From: Camelus dromedarius
Taxonomy: Eukaryota
Length of the DNA: 64,000 nt
Direction: 5' to 3'
Assembly (NCBI RefSeq): GCF_036321535.1
Contig: NC_087437.1
Coordinates: 39,372,001-39,436,000 of the forward strand
Numbering within the stretch: the stretch's first letter is position 1; each line of letters starts with the position of its first letter. This document shows positions 12,294 through 23,528 of this stretch, piece after piece. The translations under genes were made by a program, and so were the position numbers. Under the pieces are notes generated by a model. The model was not told the origin of the DNA. It ran no database searches and worked only from the letters and a program-made list of their open reading frames with translations.

Positions 12294-12961
12294 CTATCGA
12301 CAGTTGTGCCTTTTGCGGGGTGGATTAACACGTATATCCCCAGATAGAGCTAAATTTGGCAACACTTGATCCTGGGCCCTGAAAAATTCCAAAGGAAGAT
12401 GGAAGAGAAGGGCCCCAGGGCTTCCTGTGAATATAGCCGCCCAGCACCTGAAGCCCCCCCTGGGAAAGAAGAGCAGAGCATCTGTCAGGTCCCCATTCTC
12501 TTCAGCTGGGATGTCAACTCTTCTCTTTAACTCCGCCTGGGGAAGATGCTACCATCAGGAGCAAATCTTTCAGTCTTTGGGGATTATTGGAGCATCCTGG
12601 AGTAACTGTCTAGTATGAGTAGATATTACATATAAGGCCACTTTCTCAGACATTAAAAATACAGTTTTAAGAAGGGAAGCTAAAAATGTGAAGGCATCTC
12701 AGGTTCTAAGAAATGCTAAGGAATACTGGGATGGCATGAAGAGTCCCTGCCATGTCACACAGGCCTCCCGGCTCCTCGGGGGCCGCGCAGGAAGGCTGGG
12801 TCTGCGCTGCCAGGACTTCTGATCATTTCAAGAAAAGCCAGAAGTCAGAATTTTTACGTGCAATATTCCAATTTGTAAGTGTGAGTACCATTTTAAGTGC
12901 AAGTCAGATTAGAAAAATCAAAACATATTTACCTGTTTGATTCAGTCTGCTGACTTCCCAG

Positions 12962-13045
12962 ATTGTAATCTCTGGGATGCACAGTTAAGGAAAATTGTGG
13001 ATGTCAGCCTCAAGACACATTCATGGCCATGTTCACATCTTATAC
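12962..13045 (+). pseudogene. internally deleted EGF-module exon relic (84 nt) with intact splice sites
   Basis: ttcccag|ATTGT ... AC|gtaagt. DCNLWDAQ, then KENCGCQ in a shifted frame. Confidence 0.4.
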
Positions 13046-13437
13046 GTAAGTGATTTGTGACCATGTGATTTTATCTCTGTATGTGTAAATACACATCTAC
13101 GAAGCAAGGAAATCCCATGTCTCATCACATGAGGGAAATACTCTGTTCAGCAATGAAGTAGCTTCAAACTGAATAAAGATCAGTAATCTGAAAGATACAG
13201 GAATTCAAGAAGTGCATGCTTTGAGAAGAAAACAAATGATATTTCTACTAATGTGAGGTATGCTTTTACAGCATTTTTAAATTTTATAAATTTCACAGCA
13301 TTTAAAAAGTAATGCAGATTTAGGAATGACTTGTAGTGTGACTTTTTCTTAGGGACATATAAAATACTTCAAAAATATCAAGCACGTGAATAAATTTAGG
13401 AGCTCACTCACTTGGAGCAAAAGCCATGCTTTAATTT

Positions 13438-13472
<35 letters not shown>
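13438..13472. repeat. (TA)n microsatellite, imperfect
   Basis: Direct reading. Confidence 0.9.
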
Positions 13473-15920
13473 TATTCCTGGCTCTTAAAAGAGCACTTCA
13501 TAAATAGCTACTGAATTAACAGACGTTTAAGCATTGGTCCAGGTGTTACCAAGTGAATTTGCTTTACCAGGCATGCTCTCCCTGGCTTGACCCTCACTGT
13601 GGTCACTGCATCCAAGATTCAGAGAATGCTGCCTTACTTACTTCACTGCAACTTGTAGACTTTCTGAAAGACTTTAAGAATAAAACCAACTTTAGATAGA
13701 CTCTGTTTTTCTCTGTAGTTTTTTTCCCAAACAGTAAAATTCCAGCAGCTCCACTGCTGACCTTATCTTTCAGATTGTCTGATGGAAGGGCTAGTTCTGG
13801 GTGGGTTACAGTATTCACTCCAAACTGAAGATCACTCTAGTCACTGGAGGCCGATGCCTGGATACAGTCCTACCCTTGTGTACAACAACAGACTCTCTCG
13901 GGGAGCTAGTTCTTCAGATGTGTTGCCAGGTTTAATGAAGATTCCCTAACCGAAGTACCACAGTGCCCCATAATGCACCATTGTGCTTAGGATTCTGACC
14001 ATGGGAATCCTTTACTTTTCCTCCTCGTGGACTTTGGGTTTCAAGACTATCTCATAGAGTAAAATGTGTATTTTCTCGGGAGGGATGAGAACAAGATGTT
14101 TCCCTCATCCCCTCAGCAAATATTATTGGGAATTTGTCATTGGAAGTGGAGGAAGCCAGATGGAGATGTTAAAGACTTCTACACGATTCCTGCCCAGGGG
14201 AAACCCAGAAACCAGGAACCAAAAAAATCACTGCACAGCAGTATAATTAAGGTGGAAAAAATGCTTGCAAGTCACTGAGAATAAAACAATCAAAATCTGC
14301 CCCAAAGACTCTAGAATGCTTGCACAAGTAGTTAATATTTGAACTGGGTCTAGCAAGATGAATAGGCTCTTACCTGGTGAAGGAGGAGGAGACACAATGT
14401 GAAGAAATGCTGGATGTTTCTTGTGACTAGAGTGTTTGTCAACCAATGGCTCTTTGAAGCATAGCACAGTCACAGTGCCCCTGTAATGAATCCAATAGTT
14501 ATTCTTTGCAGGCAGGAATAAATGAATGGAAGAATGTTTTGTATGTTTGCAGGGTGGCGTGAGTAGTGGAAGAAATAAGACTAAAAACATTGGTTAGGGA
14601 CAGAGACCATGGAGGCAACAACACTAAAGAATCTAAATTGTATTCCGTAGATTAATGTCATTTCTTGCATTAGGATCTACTTAAATCACGATCTATTGAG
14701 GTGCTTTTTCATAACACAGATTCCCGTTCATCTCATCACAGATCAACTGGATAGGAATCTCTCAAGACTGAACCAAGAACTTTTTTTGCATTCTGTGAAA
14801 ACTGCTGCTGGGAGCAATGTCCAATTCTTAAAACATTATTTTTAAGCTTTCTAGATTGCTCAACATTTTACGAGAACTCCTCAAAGGCTATGGAAATTCT
14901 CCCTAGAAAAATATATATGCACATTCATTTTTGCTAATAATTCCAGAGAGATTATGAAACCGCTGAGATTAGCTCATGGACTCAAGTTAATAACCGCTGA
15001 AACTAAGCTGGCTAACAGCTAATGCAGAAGAAGTCAGAGGAGAATCATCATCACTAGGAGTTAGAGTGAGGGAGGGCTTTCAGAGGAAGTTAAAGGGTAC
15101 AAACAAACTGCTCCTCCTGAACAATTTTGTCTAAGACCAACCTCATTTCATTCTGTCCGTGTTTACCATAAAAGAGACATGCTCACACTTAAAAAGACAA
15201 GAATTTATCTTGGGGGCCAGGGAGCTTCTTGGTCATTTCCATCCTAAGTAAACCATTTTACGAAAAATTGGAATGTTTCAAAAGAAAAAAAATAAAAGGT
15301 CTTCACTGAGCATTTAGAAACTGTTGTTTTGCCCTGTTTCAAATAACAGATGAAGTTGTTGGCATTCTAGAAAGTATATGAGCTAACTGTGTATGTACTT
15401 AACGCTTCACATATTTAGATTGTATCTAAAAATCTTGGTCTCTCTCTGATAATCTAGCCTTTGGGAACCACAGTACGGTTCTATTTCCTCCGAAACTGAG
15501 AGCTGTATCTGCAAATAACAACTAAAATGGTCTATTACTGGAGATATGTCACATGGAACAAGATAAAGTCTATGAAAACAGTCCTTTAGAAAAGTCATGG
15601 CTGAACTCTAATGACCTAGATTATTTAATGCAAACATTGTGTGCAATTTTGGAGATTTAGGGCAGTTCTCCCTACTGTCAACTAAAACAAGCCTGCCTGT
15701 GTAAAACCAACGTGGAAACAGCTCAGAGGCCCAACTTGCTAGTCTTTGTACCTGGAACAGAATCACTGAACTTCATCCAAACTCAGAGCAGAGTTAGTAA
15801 AGCGGGTGACAGAGGGAGTGCGGTGAGCTGTGCTTTCTGAAGTGCGGAGCATTGTACAGAGTCAAGGACTTAACAGTGTATTCAGCTAACAGCATGTGAT
15901 TTTATTTTGTAAGCTTTTAA

Positions 15921-16052
15921 CTTGTTTGTTTTATGAGGGAGAGGTAATTAGGTTTCTTCATTGATTTCCGCTTGGAGATGGTACTGGGGTTTGAACCCCT
16001 GACCTCTTGGGTGCTGAGCGTGCACGCTCCCACTTGAGCTATACCCTTCCCC
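15921..16052 (-). mobile_element. tRNA-derived SINE (camelid Vic-1-like)
   Basis: Minus strand ggggaagggtatagctcaagtgg (A box)...ggttcaaacccc (B box)...aaacctaattacc. 19-bp TSD ttattttgtaagcttttaa at 15902-15920 and 16053-16071. Confidence 0.88.
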
Positions 16053-16084
16053 TTATTTTGTAAGCTTTTAATCATTGATTCACC

Positions 16085-16620
16085 AAGAACATCCTACTGT
16101 GCTGCTTAACCTGCAGCTTGTTTCTTTTCAGTCAACATTATTTTGGAAGTTAGTTTGTTAGTTATGAGTTGACTGAGTCTGTTTCTTTTAAGTGCTTAAA
16201 AGGCTACTGTTGTATGAACACGCCACAACTTTGTCCTCCACTCTCCTAAAGGGAGACCTGTTGATTGTTTGTAGTTGTTCACCATTACCAACAGCGTTTC
16301 AGCAAACACCCCTGTGCGTGTCTCCTGACGTGCAGGCAGCAGGGTTTCTTTAGGGTTTGTCCTGAGTGTGCATTTTCTGAGTCACGGGCTGTTCCATCTG
16401 CAACTTTGTGTGGTGATGCCAGGCTGCTCCCCAGCGCAGGTGTCCCAGTTACGCGAGAGCTGGAGTTATGTTCCTTTGTTGTCCAACTTGTGTCAGACTT
16501 CTAAAGGAAACGTTTTTATTTGCATTTCTCCGATTACTGCTGAAGTCTGGCAGGTCTTTCTGCATTGTCTCTTCAATGTGGTCTTCCGTGAATTGTTGCT
16601 TAATGTCCGATGCCCATTCT
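16085..16620 (-). mobile_element. old L1M 3' fragment
   Basis: Antisense L1 3' motifs (tttgcatttctccgattact.., ttcttctgtg-like). Confidence 0.6.
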
Positions 16621-16629
16621 TCTGTGGGC

Positions 16630-17560
16630 CAAGCGCTGATCCCGGCTCCTGGGATATACCCATGAACAAAGCAAGAGCTCTTCTTGCTCTAGCAAGAAGA
16701 AAACCAATAATGAATAATAAACATAAAAACAAGTGTATTTTGTTGAAGAATAAGACAATAAGTGCTGCTGGAAAAAAGACAAAGTAAAACAGGTAAAGTA
16801 AAGGAGATTGGGAGTGCCGGGTAGGCAAGCCAGTTTAGGGTCGTAAAGAGTGGTCAAGGGAGACCACCTGGTGAAGGCAGGGTTTGAGTCAGTTGGGAGA
16901 ATTAAGGAAGAGGCCAATGTGCCAGAAATGGAGAGACAATTAGGAAAATCAGAAAAGTAGAGGTGTTACCGAGTCCAAACTCGTTCTGCTCGCCGCACGA
17001 CAGGCCAATAAATTGGGAAGCAAGGTGTTGGGGCAAGGAATAATGAGAAGATGGCAGACTAACGTCCTGGAGAACCATCTTCCCCGAGGCAGAATTCAGG
17101 CTCTAAAGAGAGGACGGGGTGTGGTTGCTTGTTGCAGACTTCTTGGTGCCAGAATCCTTTGTTCAAGCTGTCCACGTAAGTCAGGTCATGATGTTCCTAT
17201 AAACCTCCAACAGGTCAAATGTTATTCTCTGTTCTGCAACTTTTTAATCTATATATAAATGGGAAAGTGTTATACCCTTAAAGGTCAGAGCCTTGAAAAT
17301 GAGCTATCCTGTATATTTCAGGCTGTAGGCAACATTCTTTTCAAAAGAACCAGCCAAGGAAACAGAGCACAGGGTTAAAGCCAAAGGAACAGATCTAATA
17401 TGGAGTCAGATTTGTTCTTCCCTATTGCAGAAGGAAAGGATTGTTATGTAGGGCCATGTGGGCCACTGGAAAACTTTGGCTTCTGGTTGAATATTATGGT
17501 TCCGCTCAAAGTTTCTGCACAGAGGAGTGACATGACCTGGCATGTTATACAAGGAACCCT
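16630..17560 (-). mobile_element. L2 LINE fragment interrupted by an ERV LTR
   Basis: L2 antisense motifs on both sides of 16964-17429 (gtggtcaagggagacc..; gcacagaggagtgacatgacctg). Confidence 0.6.
16964..17429 (-). mobile_element. ERV1-type solo LTR
   Basis: TG...CA termini, 466 bp, near-match 4-bp flanks GAGG/GAAG, several CpGs retained. Confidence 0.8.
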
Positions 17561-20285
17561 CACGTGAAAGTCTCAAATGCTTACATACTAGAGTTTCTGC
17601 ATAGTGAGGAACTTGGCTAAATCTTCCCTTCCTATCGGAACAATTTGACTAAAGATCAGCTAAGACTGGGAAAGGCTGAAGTGGATTGCTCCTTGTGCCT
17701 GAATGAACAGCTGAGGTTTAGGACTTGGGTAAGCAGTGGGTGAGTTCCCACTGTGACTGTACACTTTTCCTTCTGGTGGCTCTGGGCTGTTGCCTTTGAC
17801 CTCTGTTCCTTAGCTTACCCATTTGTTACTCAGGAGTAAAGTTACTCACTGCTATTTTTGCCTTCCCTCTGCCAAGCTCTGGGCCAGCTGTTGTTAAAAT
17901 ATTATCTCTGGCAGTGCAACGTGTGGTCAGGATTGTCATCTTCATTGTCACCTTCACAGACCTAGGATAGAAGCCAAATCTGGCCAATTCCAAGTCGCTT
18001 ATTGCTTCATTACACTGTGCTGCCTACTGTGTGTGGCTGGCAGTTAGAGGATTCCTCTCAACTAGATGGTAGTGAGGATTAAAACAAGATGAATAATGCA
18101 TAAGATTAAGATTTTTTAAAGAAATAATTATTTTAATTTCTGTAACTTCTGAAGTATTCAGCTTCTATCTCCTTTGAAGCTGGCATATAACAAGAGCTAC
18201 TTTTCTCTTTTCCTATTTGTTTTGATACTTGAAATAAATACATGGAATGAATTTTGGATCTTCAAAAAGCTTTATCCTAGTTCTTTGGAAAAGGAGAAAT
18301 TTCACTCTAATGTGCTAATCTGATATGCTAATGTGTTACCAAAACCCAGTTTAAGTGACTAGTTCAAAGTGTTCTAACAGATTTAAAATTTTGAAAGAAA
18401 AATAATTTTTACCCCAGTAGATTGTGAGTAACGAATAATGTCTTATTTCCTTCCACCTGAGTGAGAACACTCCATGGGCTGACAAATCTGTTCTCAAAAT
18501 GTATTTGTGAATTTTCGTGCTTCAGGTGATGGAATACACATTGTCCCAGCCCCAGATGGGTTGTATCCATTTGCAATTGAAGGCAGAAATTTATGTCTCC
18601 AATTCAAGATGGTTCAAAGACAGCGTTAACCAAAGATGCTCACGTTATTTTTTCCATAACCATGCAGAAGCCCTGTAAGAGTTTTCTTTTTTTTTTTTTT
18701 TTCCTAAGCCTAGAAGTCTATGGTAATACATATTGCCTTTAGGCACACTTTATTTTTAAACAAACTTCAGAATAGACAGGTCAGAATAAATAATTTCAAT
18801 GTTAGATCGTAATAAATTGCTAGGCATATCATCAGTTACTACAAATAAATGTTCGTGTCTGAAACAGGGAACGCTGGGTGGATGTGAACTCAACTACCCA
18901 GTCATTAAGCAGTGACATGAAACAGGACTGTTCACTGCCAGGTTTACCTTCCAGCTTTGTCTGCAAGAATTCGTTCAAGTTCACCTCAGTTGGGCAGACT
19001 TGGAATCTGGAGATTAAGATGATATGCATGTATGTGACTGTGTCCAGTTGGAATAACATTTTCTTCTTGCAGATCATTTTTTTTATTAACAAAAACAAAA
19101 ACAAAAGCCAAACAAAGCAGACAAAACAAAGTTTGTCTAAAATTATATCAGATTATCTACTTTGGAAAATTGACCTCTATAAATTCATATCTTAAAAATA
19201 AGGAGATCAGAAGATCGAAATGATGTCCCAATACATTTCCCCTCAGGATAGACACAACTTGAGAAAGAAAGCAATTGGCAACCTTTATTACTTGTCTAGA
19301 AAAAATTTTTGCCTCTTCAGGGGAAATTAACCCTATTTGCTAGGCTGTTCTAACCAAATTTCCCTTTGTCACACTGGAAAATTTAACTGGTAATATTAGT
19401 GAGCTGCTCTTGCTTGATAACATTTCTGCCTAAGTATTTAAAAGGTAAGGTTCCTATGCCAAGTGGTCTGATTATGACTTTCTTTGCAAGGGCAGAAACA
19501 CTAGTTTACTTGTTCAAAATGGTAAAGAGTTAAGATCAGAGTTCATAACATGAACTTACCCCATGACGCTGCCTCTCCCTTTCACTTGCTGAAAACAGGC
19601 TTATGTGAAGTGAATTCTGAAACCGAATCCGCTGAATACACTCAGCATTTGGTATCAGATTTGTACTGTGACATTCAAACTCCTGCCATGGCTGTTGCAA
19701 TGTAAATAGGAAATTCTAAATGTGTTTTGAATTGCCCCTTGGGGAGTTTTGCCCTGAGAGACGGTACATTTCCAAGGTAGCCAATACTTAACGTGGAGCG
19801 AGCCCAGTGGTCGGGCTGGAGATGGTTCTGCTTCAGAGCACCAGTTGACAGGAAACTCTGCACGCCTTCAACCGGACCGAGGGAATTTGGCGGTTGACGT
19901 AGCCATACATAGTTTTGAAATAGTTTCTCCTGTTAGAAATGTTTTAGATTAGCCCGTAAAAATAAGCGCCTTCATTATTCACATACAGCGATTCAGTTTT
20001 GAGGTGACAGCTGCCTACATAGATCCTACTTGAGAGACCCGCATACGCAACGACTGGTTTTTAATTAGCAACAAACTTTGTAATTATTAGAAGTCAGCCT
20101 TTCCTGTACTTAAAGTATCTATGATAGCAAATACACAGGTGGCAGACGGGCTCCGACCTTTCCCGTGAAACGCAACTGATCAGGTGGGTACTGCTGTGTT
20201 TCCCATAGAAAATGCATCATCAATTCAAATTGTATTAGGATGTTTCCAAGACTTGGAAAGCAGAAATTAAATTCAAGGGCACTAA

Positions 20286-20389
<104 letters not shown>

Positions 20390-20499
20390 TTGATGTTACC
20401 TGATATAAATTCTAGTTGATTCTACCCATAAATAAAGTCAGATGTTGAGGTTTCTTTAGAATGTGGGATTCAGTAAGAGAAGTGCATTGCTCAAGTTCT

Positions 20500-20511
20500 C
20501 CACTAGAGGGC
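20500..20511 (+). promoter_or_regulatory. candidate CTCF site
   Basis: CCACTAGAGGGC matches the core consensus CCASYAGRKGGC; TGCATTGC just upstream resembles the upstream module. Confidence 0.45.
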
Positions 20512-20574
20512 CACAGCTCCCACCTCCCTTGTGTGTCTGGGCCAGGGATCAAAAAAAGGTAAATACTTTTATGT

Positions 20575-21230
20575 TCTTATTTTCCCACCAAACTCATTAT
20601 TTTTATACTTGTATATATTCTAAGTGATGGTACAGAAGTGTATAGAGTGAAAAGCTTCCCTGCCAATTTCCCCCTCCCAGTCCACTGCACAGTTTTCTTT
20701 AAACAGAAATGTAATTGTACCAAACATTAATTATATGTCTTGCGTATCTGTTTTATTCACTAAATTATGACTTGTAGGAATATTTTCCTGTCAGTTCATA
20801 CAGGTCTACATTTTCTTCCATATGGTTTCAGAATATTCTACTGTATGACCCTAAATTGATTTGTTTAACAAAACCCCTATAGATAGACATTTAGATTGTT
20901 TTTAGTATTTTTGTATTAAAAAAAAATACTGCAGTGAACATTGTTTCATTTATTTCTTTGCATGGATATGAGAGTTTCTCTGAGTGTTAAATTTCCTAGC
21001 TGCATAATAGCAAGGCTTATTTATTTAAAACTTTAATAAATTTTGCAAAGTGTGTCTATCTCAAAACAAAACAAACAAACAAAACAAAACAAAACAAAAC
21101 AACAAGCTGTGATTTAGTGATTTAAACTCACACTATGTGTGAAAGTGCCCTTCAGCCCTAACCCTGGCAAACACTGGGTATGCTAAACTAATCTTTGCCA
21201 GTCTGTTAAAAGGAAAAATAGTATCTTGGC
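20575..21230 (-). mobile_element. old L1ME-like 3' fragment with internal (AAAAC)n
   Basis: gatagacatttagattgttttt..aatactgcagtgaaca motifs. Confidence 0.65.
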
Positions 21231-22407
21231 AGTATTCTCTAAAATGTCTAGGTCTATGATAACTAACTACAACTAATAAATTAAATTGAAAATTGAAAAA
21301 AAAATTGTGAAATTTTGCTTTACAGATTTTATGGGAAGATGGAGGTAAGATGACCAGTTGTTAATGGTTGCAGAAAAAAACATCAGCGGGCAAACTGACC
21401 TGGCTTCCATAAACTAGCGATAATAAAACCAGTGCGAGATCTAAATAAATATTTAAAAATTTCCATGACACTTTTAAATCACTTGAAGAAAATTATTAGA
21501 AAAATTCTGTAAAGGAAGGTAGGTGGATATTATTGTTTTTAGCATCCAGATGAGACTTTGAACAGTGTTGTTTTCACTTCACTATTATGATTTTCAGTAT
21601 AAAGAACTTGAATATGTGAATTTTACTTCACCTTCTGAGCCTGTTTCTCGCTTTCTCCTTAGAGACTGCCGTTCACAGCTTGCCCATTCTTTTCTCTCCA
21701 TTCTAAACTACAGCACCCACCCTTTCCTCTCAGTTTTGAGCAAAGAACAAAATGCCCAGAATTGAAATGTCAAGTATTTTTTCCTAACAAATATTTTTAT
21801 TACGAGGTTAAATATATACCGAAGTAGCAGGTTAAAAATAATTATAACAAAAGTTGGCAAGTTTGTTGTACCAGTTTTGTTCATTTTCCTGGGACAGAAA
21901 CCCAATTCCTTTTGTGATAGCCATTTATATCCCACTGGACCCAAAAATATCCCATCAAGGGACAAGCCCACCCTGGAAAATTGCAAAGTTCGTCTGCTTC
22001 CCTCCCCACCCCCCTCCCCTGTCTCAACCATGTTGCCCCCATTTGGGCACCTTTCCTCCCTCCACCCTCCCCCTCGCTGAGTTTAGCTTTATCCCAGTGA
22101 TCTGCACTGGAAGGGAGCTATCTCCGCTTCACTGTCAGTGGACTATGTCTTCCAGGGTGTGGAGAGTACATATAAATAACATTCAGAGACTCAAAGGAGA
22201 GCTTCTCTTAAGGGGATAATTTAGGGACTAGAGAGCAGGAGGTATGTGTTTCAGCGCAGAATATGTCCGAGATGGTTTCTATGCTTACTTTTTTGGAGCA
22301 TCTCTGGGTCTTTGTAAATGCAGAATTCCAGATGTAGAATAATAGAATGGTAAGGAGCCACTAGATGCACTGGGGTAGGCTTATTTCTTTCAACTTAATA
22401 GTTTGCT

Positions 22408-22410
<3 letters not shown>

Positions 22411-22445
<35 letters not shown>
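22411..22445. repeat. (GT)17 microsatellite
   Basis: Direct reading. Confidence 0.95.
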
Positions 22446-22446
<1 letters not shown>

Positions 22447-23411
22447 TTTGCTTTTGGTCACATATAGTTCAAGCTTTAGAACAGAAGATTTTAAAACACA
22501 TTCTAGCCTTCTTGGGTGTAGGAATTTTGTTAGATTCTGACCGATGCTAATTGAGGATATAGCCCTCTCCTTCCCAGCCGCTTCTCCAACCGGATGAAAA
22601 TCAGTGTGACTTAAGTATCTCAGTAATTTCTTATTTTGAGGTCTCTAAATTTTTAGGTTGTTCTATGCAAGTTCCATTTTTAGTAATTAACTGTATATTT
22701 GAAATAAAAGAGATCAAATGGGGGCAGATTTGTTACTATTAGCTGCCAACTTATGAACTTGAAAAATATGGCATAGCTCAAAAAGGAAAATACATATGAA
22801 TAAGGCAAAGTGAGTTAGTTATATACATGGGTATGGGTTTTGTTTGTGAGAAATGAGTTATGTATATGGGACGAATTCAATGAATTCCTGAGTGTGAATG
22901 TTATTGTAAAAAATAATAATTTAATAAAAATTTATTTATACAAACCAGAAAGGAAAAAGATTTGTGTAGATAAACTTGAATTTGTTTCTGCCTTGTGCTG
23001 TAACTTTCTGTATTGAAAATGTGATTTTTGATTATAAAGCTCCAACTCTGCAGTAATTTCCTATCAGTTGTATAAAATAACCTTTGGACTGAATATTTTA
23101 AATTGTTGTATATTTTCTGTAACAGATATTGTACATAAAATTCTCCATGTTCTGTGTTAGAGAAGTAATGAATAATTTGACAGGGGATCAAAAATGGTTT
23201 TCAATATGATTGGGGAAACTATTTTTAAAACATTAAGAAGTTTCTCAGTGGTTGGAAAGTTTATGTCCAGAAGCCTAGAAACAGGGTTGGTTCATTTGCC
23301 AGGCACTGGAGTGGTACACAGAAACAGGAACAGTATTTTAGAGAGGAGAGGACAGGAGAGGAGAAGTGGAAGGAAGGAAGGAAAAGCTGATTTGTTATTT
23401 CCAATTTTCAG

Positions 23412-23528
23412 CTTGATCAGACGGAGTTCTGGGGGTCGAATTGTCACCAGGTGTGTTACACTGTCAGTCCATCTCTAAGCTCTCCCGACCGCTCCCTGGC
23501 TGGTTTGGAGCCAAAGGCAGCAATGGAG
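23412..23528 (+). pseudogene. decayed EGF-module exon relic
   Basis: ttttcag|CT TGA (Cys>stop at 23414). Then FWGSNCHQVC and PGWFGAK in shifted frames; middle of module missing; 3' edge uncertain. Confidence 0.55.

Noticed and set aside
13571..13660. ACSP..PHCGHC..ENAA after ttaccag
   Set aside because: Too fragmentary to separate from chance without an alignment.
15975..16052. tRNA gene (A and B boxes on the - strand)
   Set aside because: It has a SINE tail and target-site duplication, so it is a retroposed SINE; the same applies at 49466-49569.
17814..17955. Possible module relic ending ..LHCHL
   Set aside because: Wrong length (142 nt), no donor, and many assumed changes needed.
18835..18970. 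NKCSCLKQG and QDCSLP motifs
   Set aside because: No splice sites, and the fragments do not assemble into one module.
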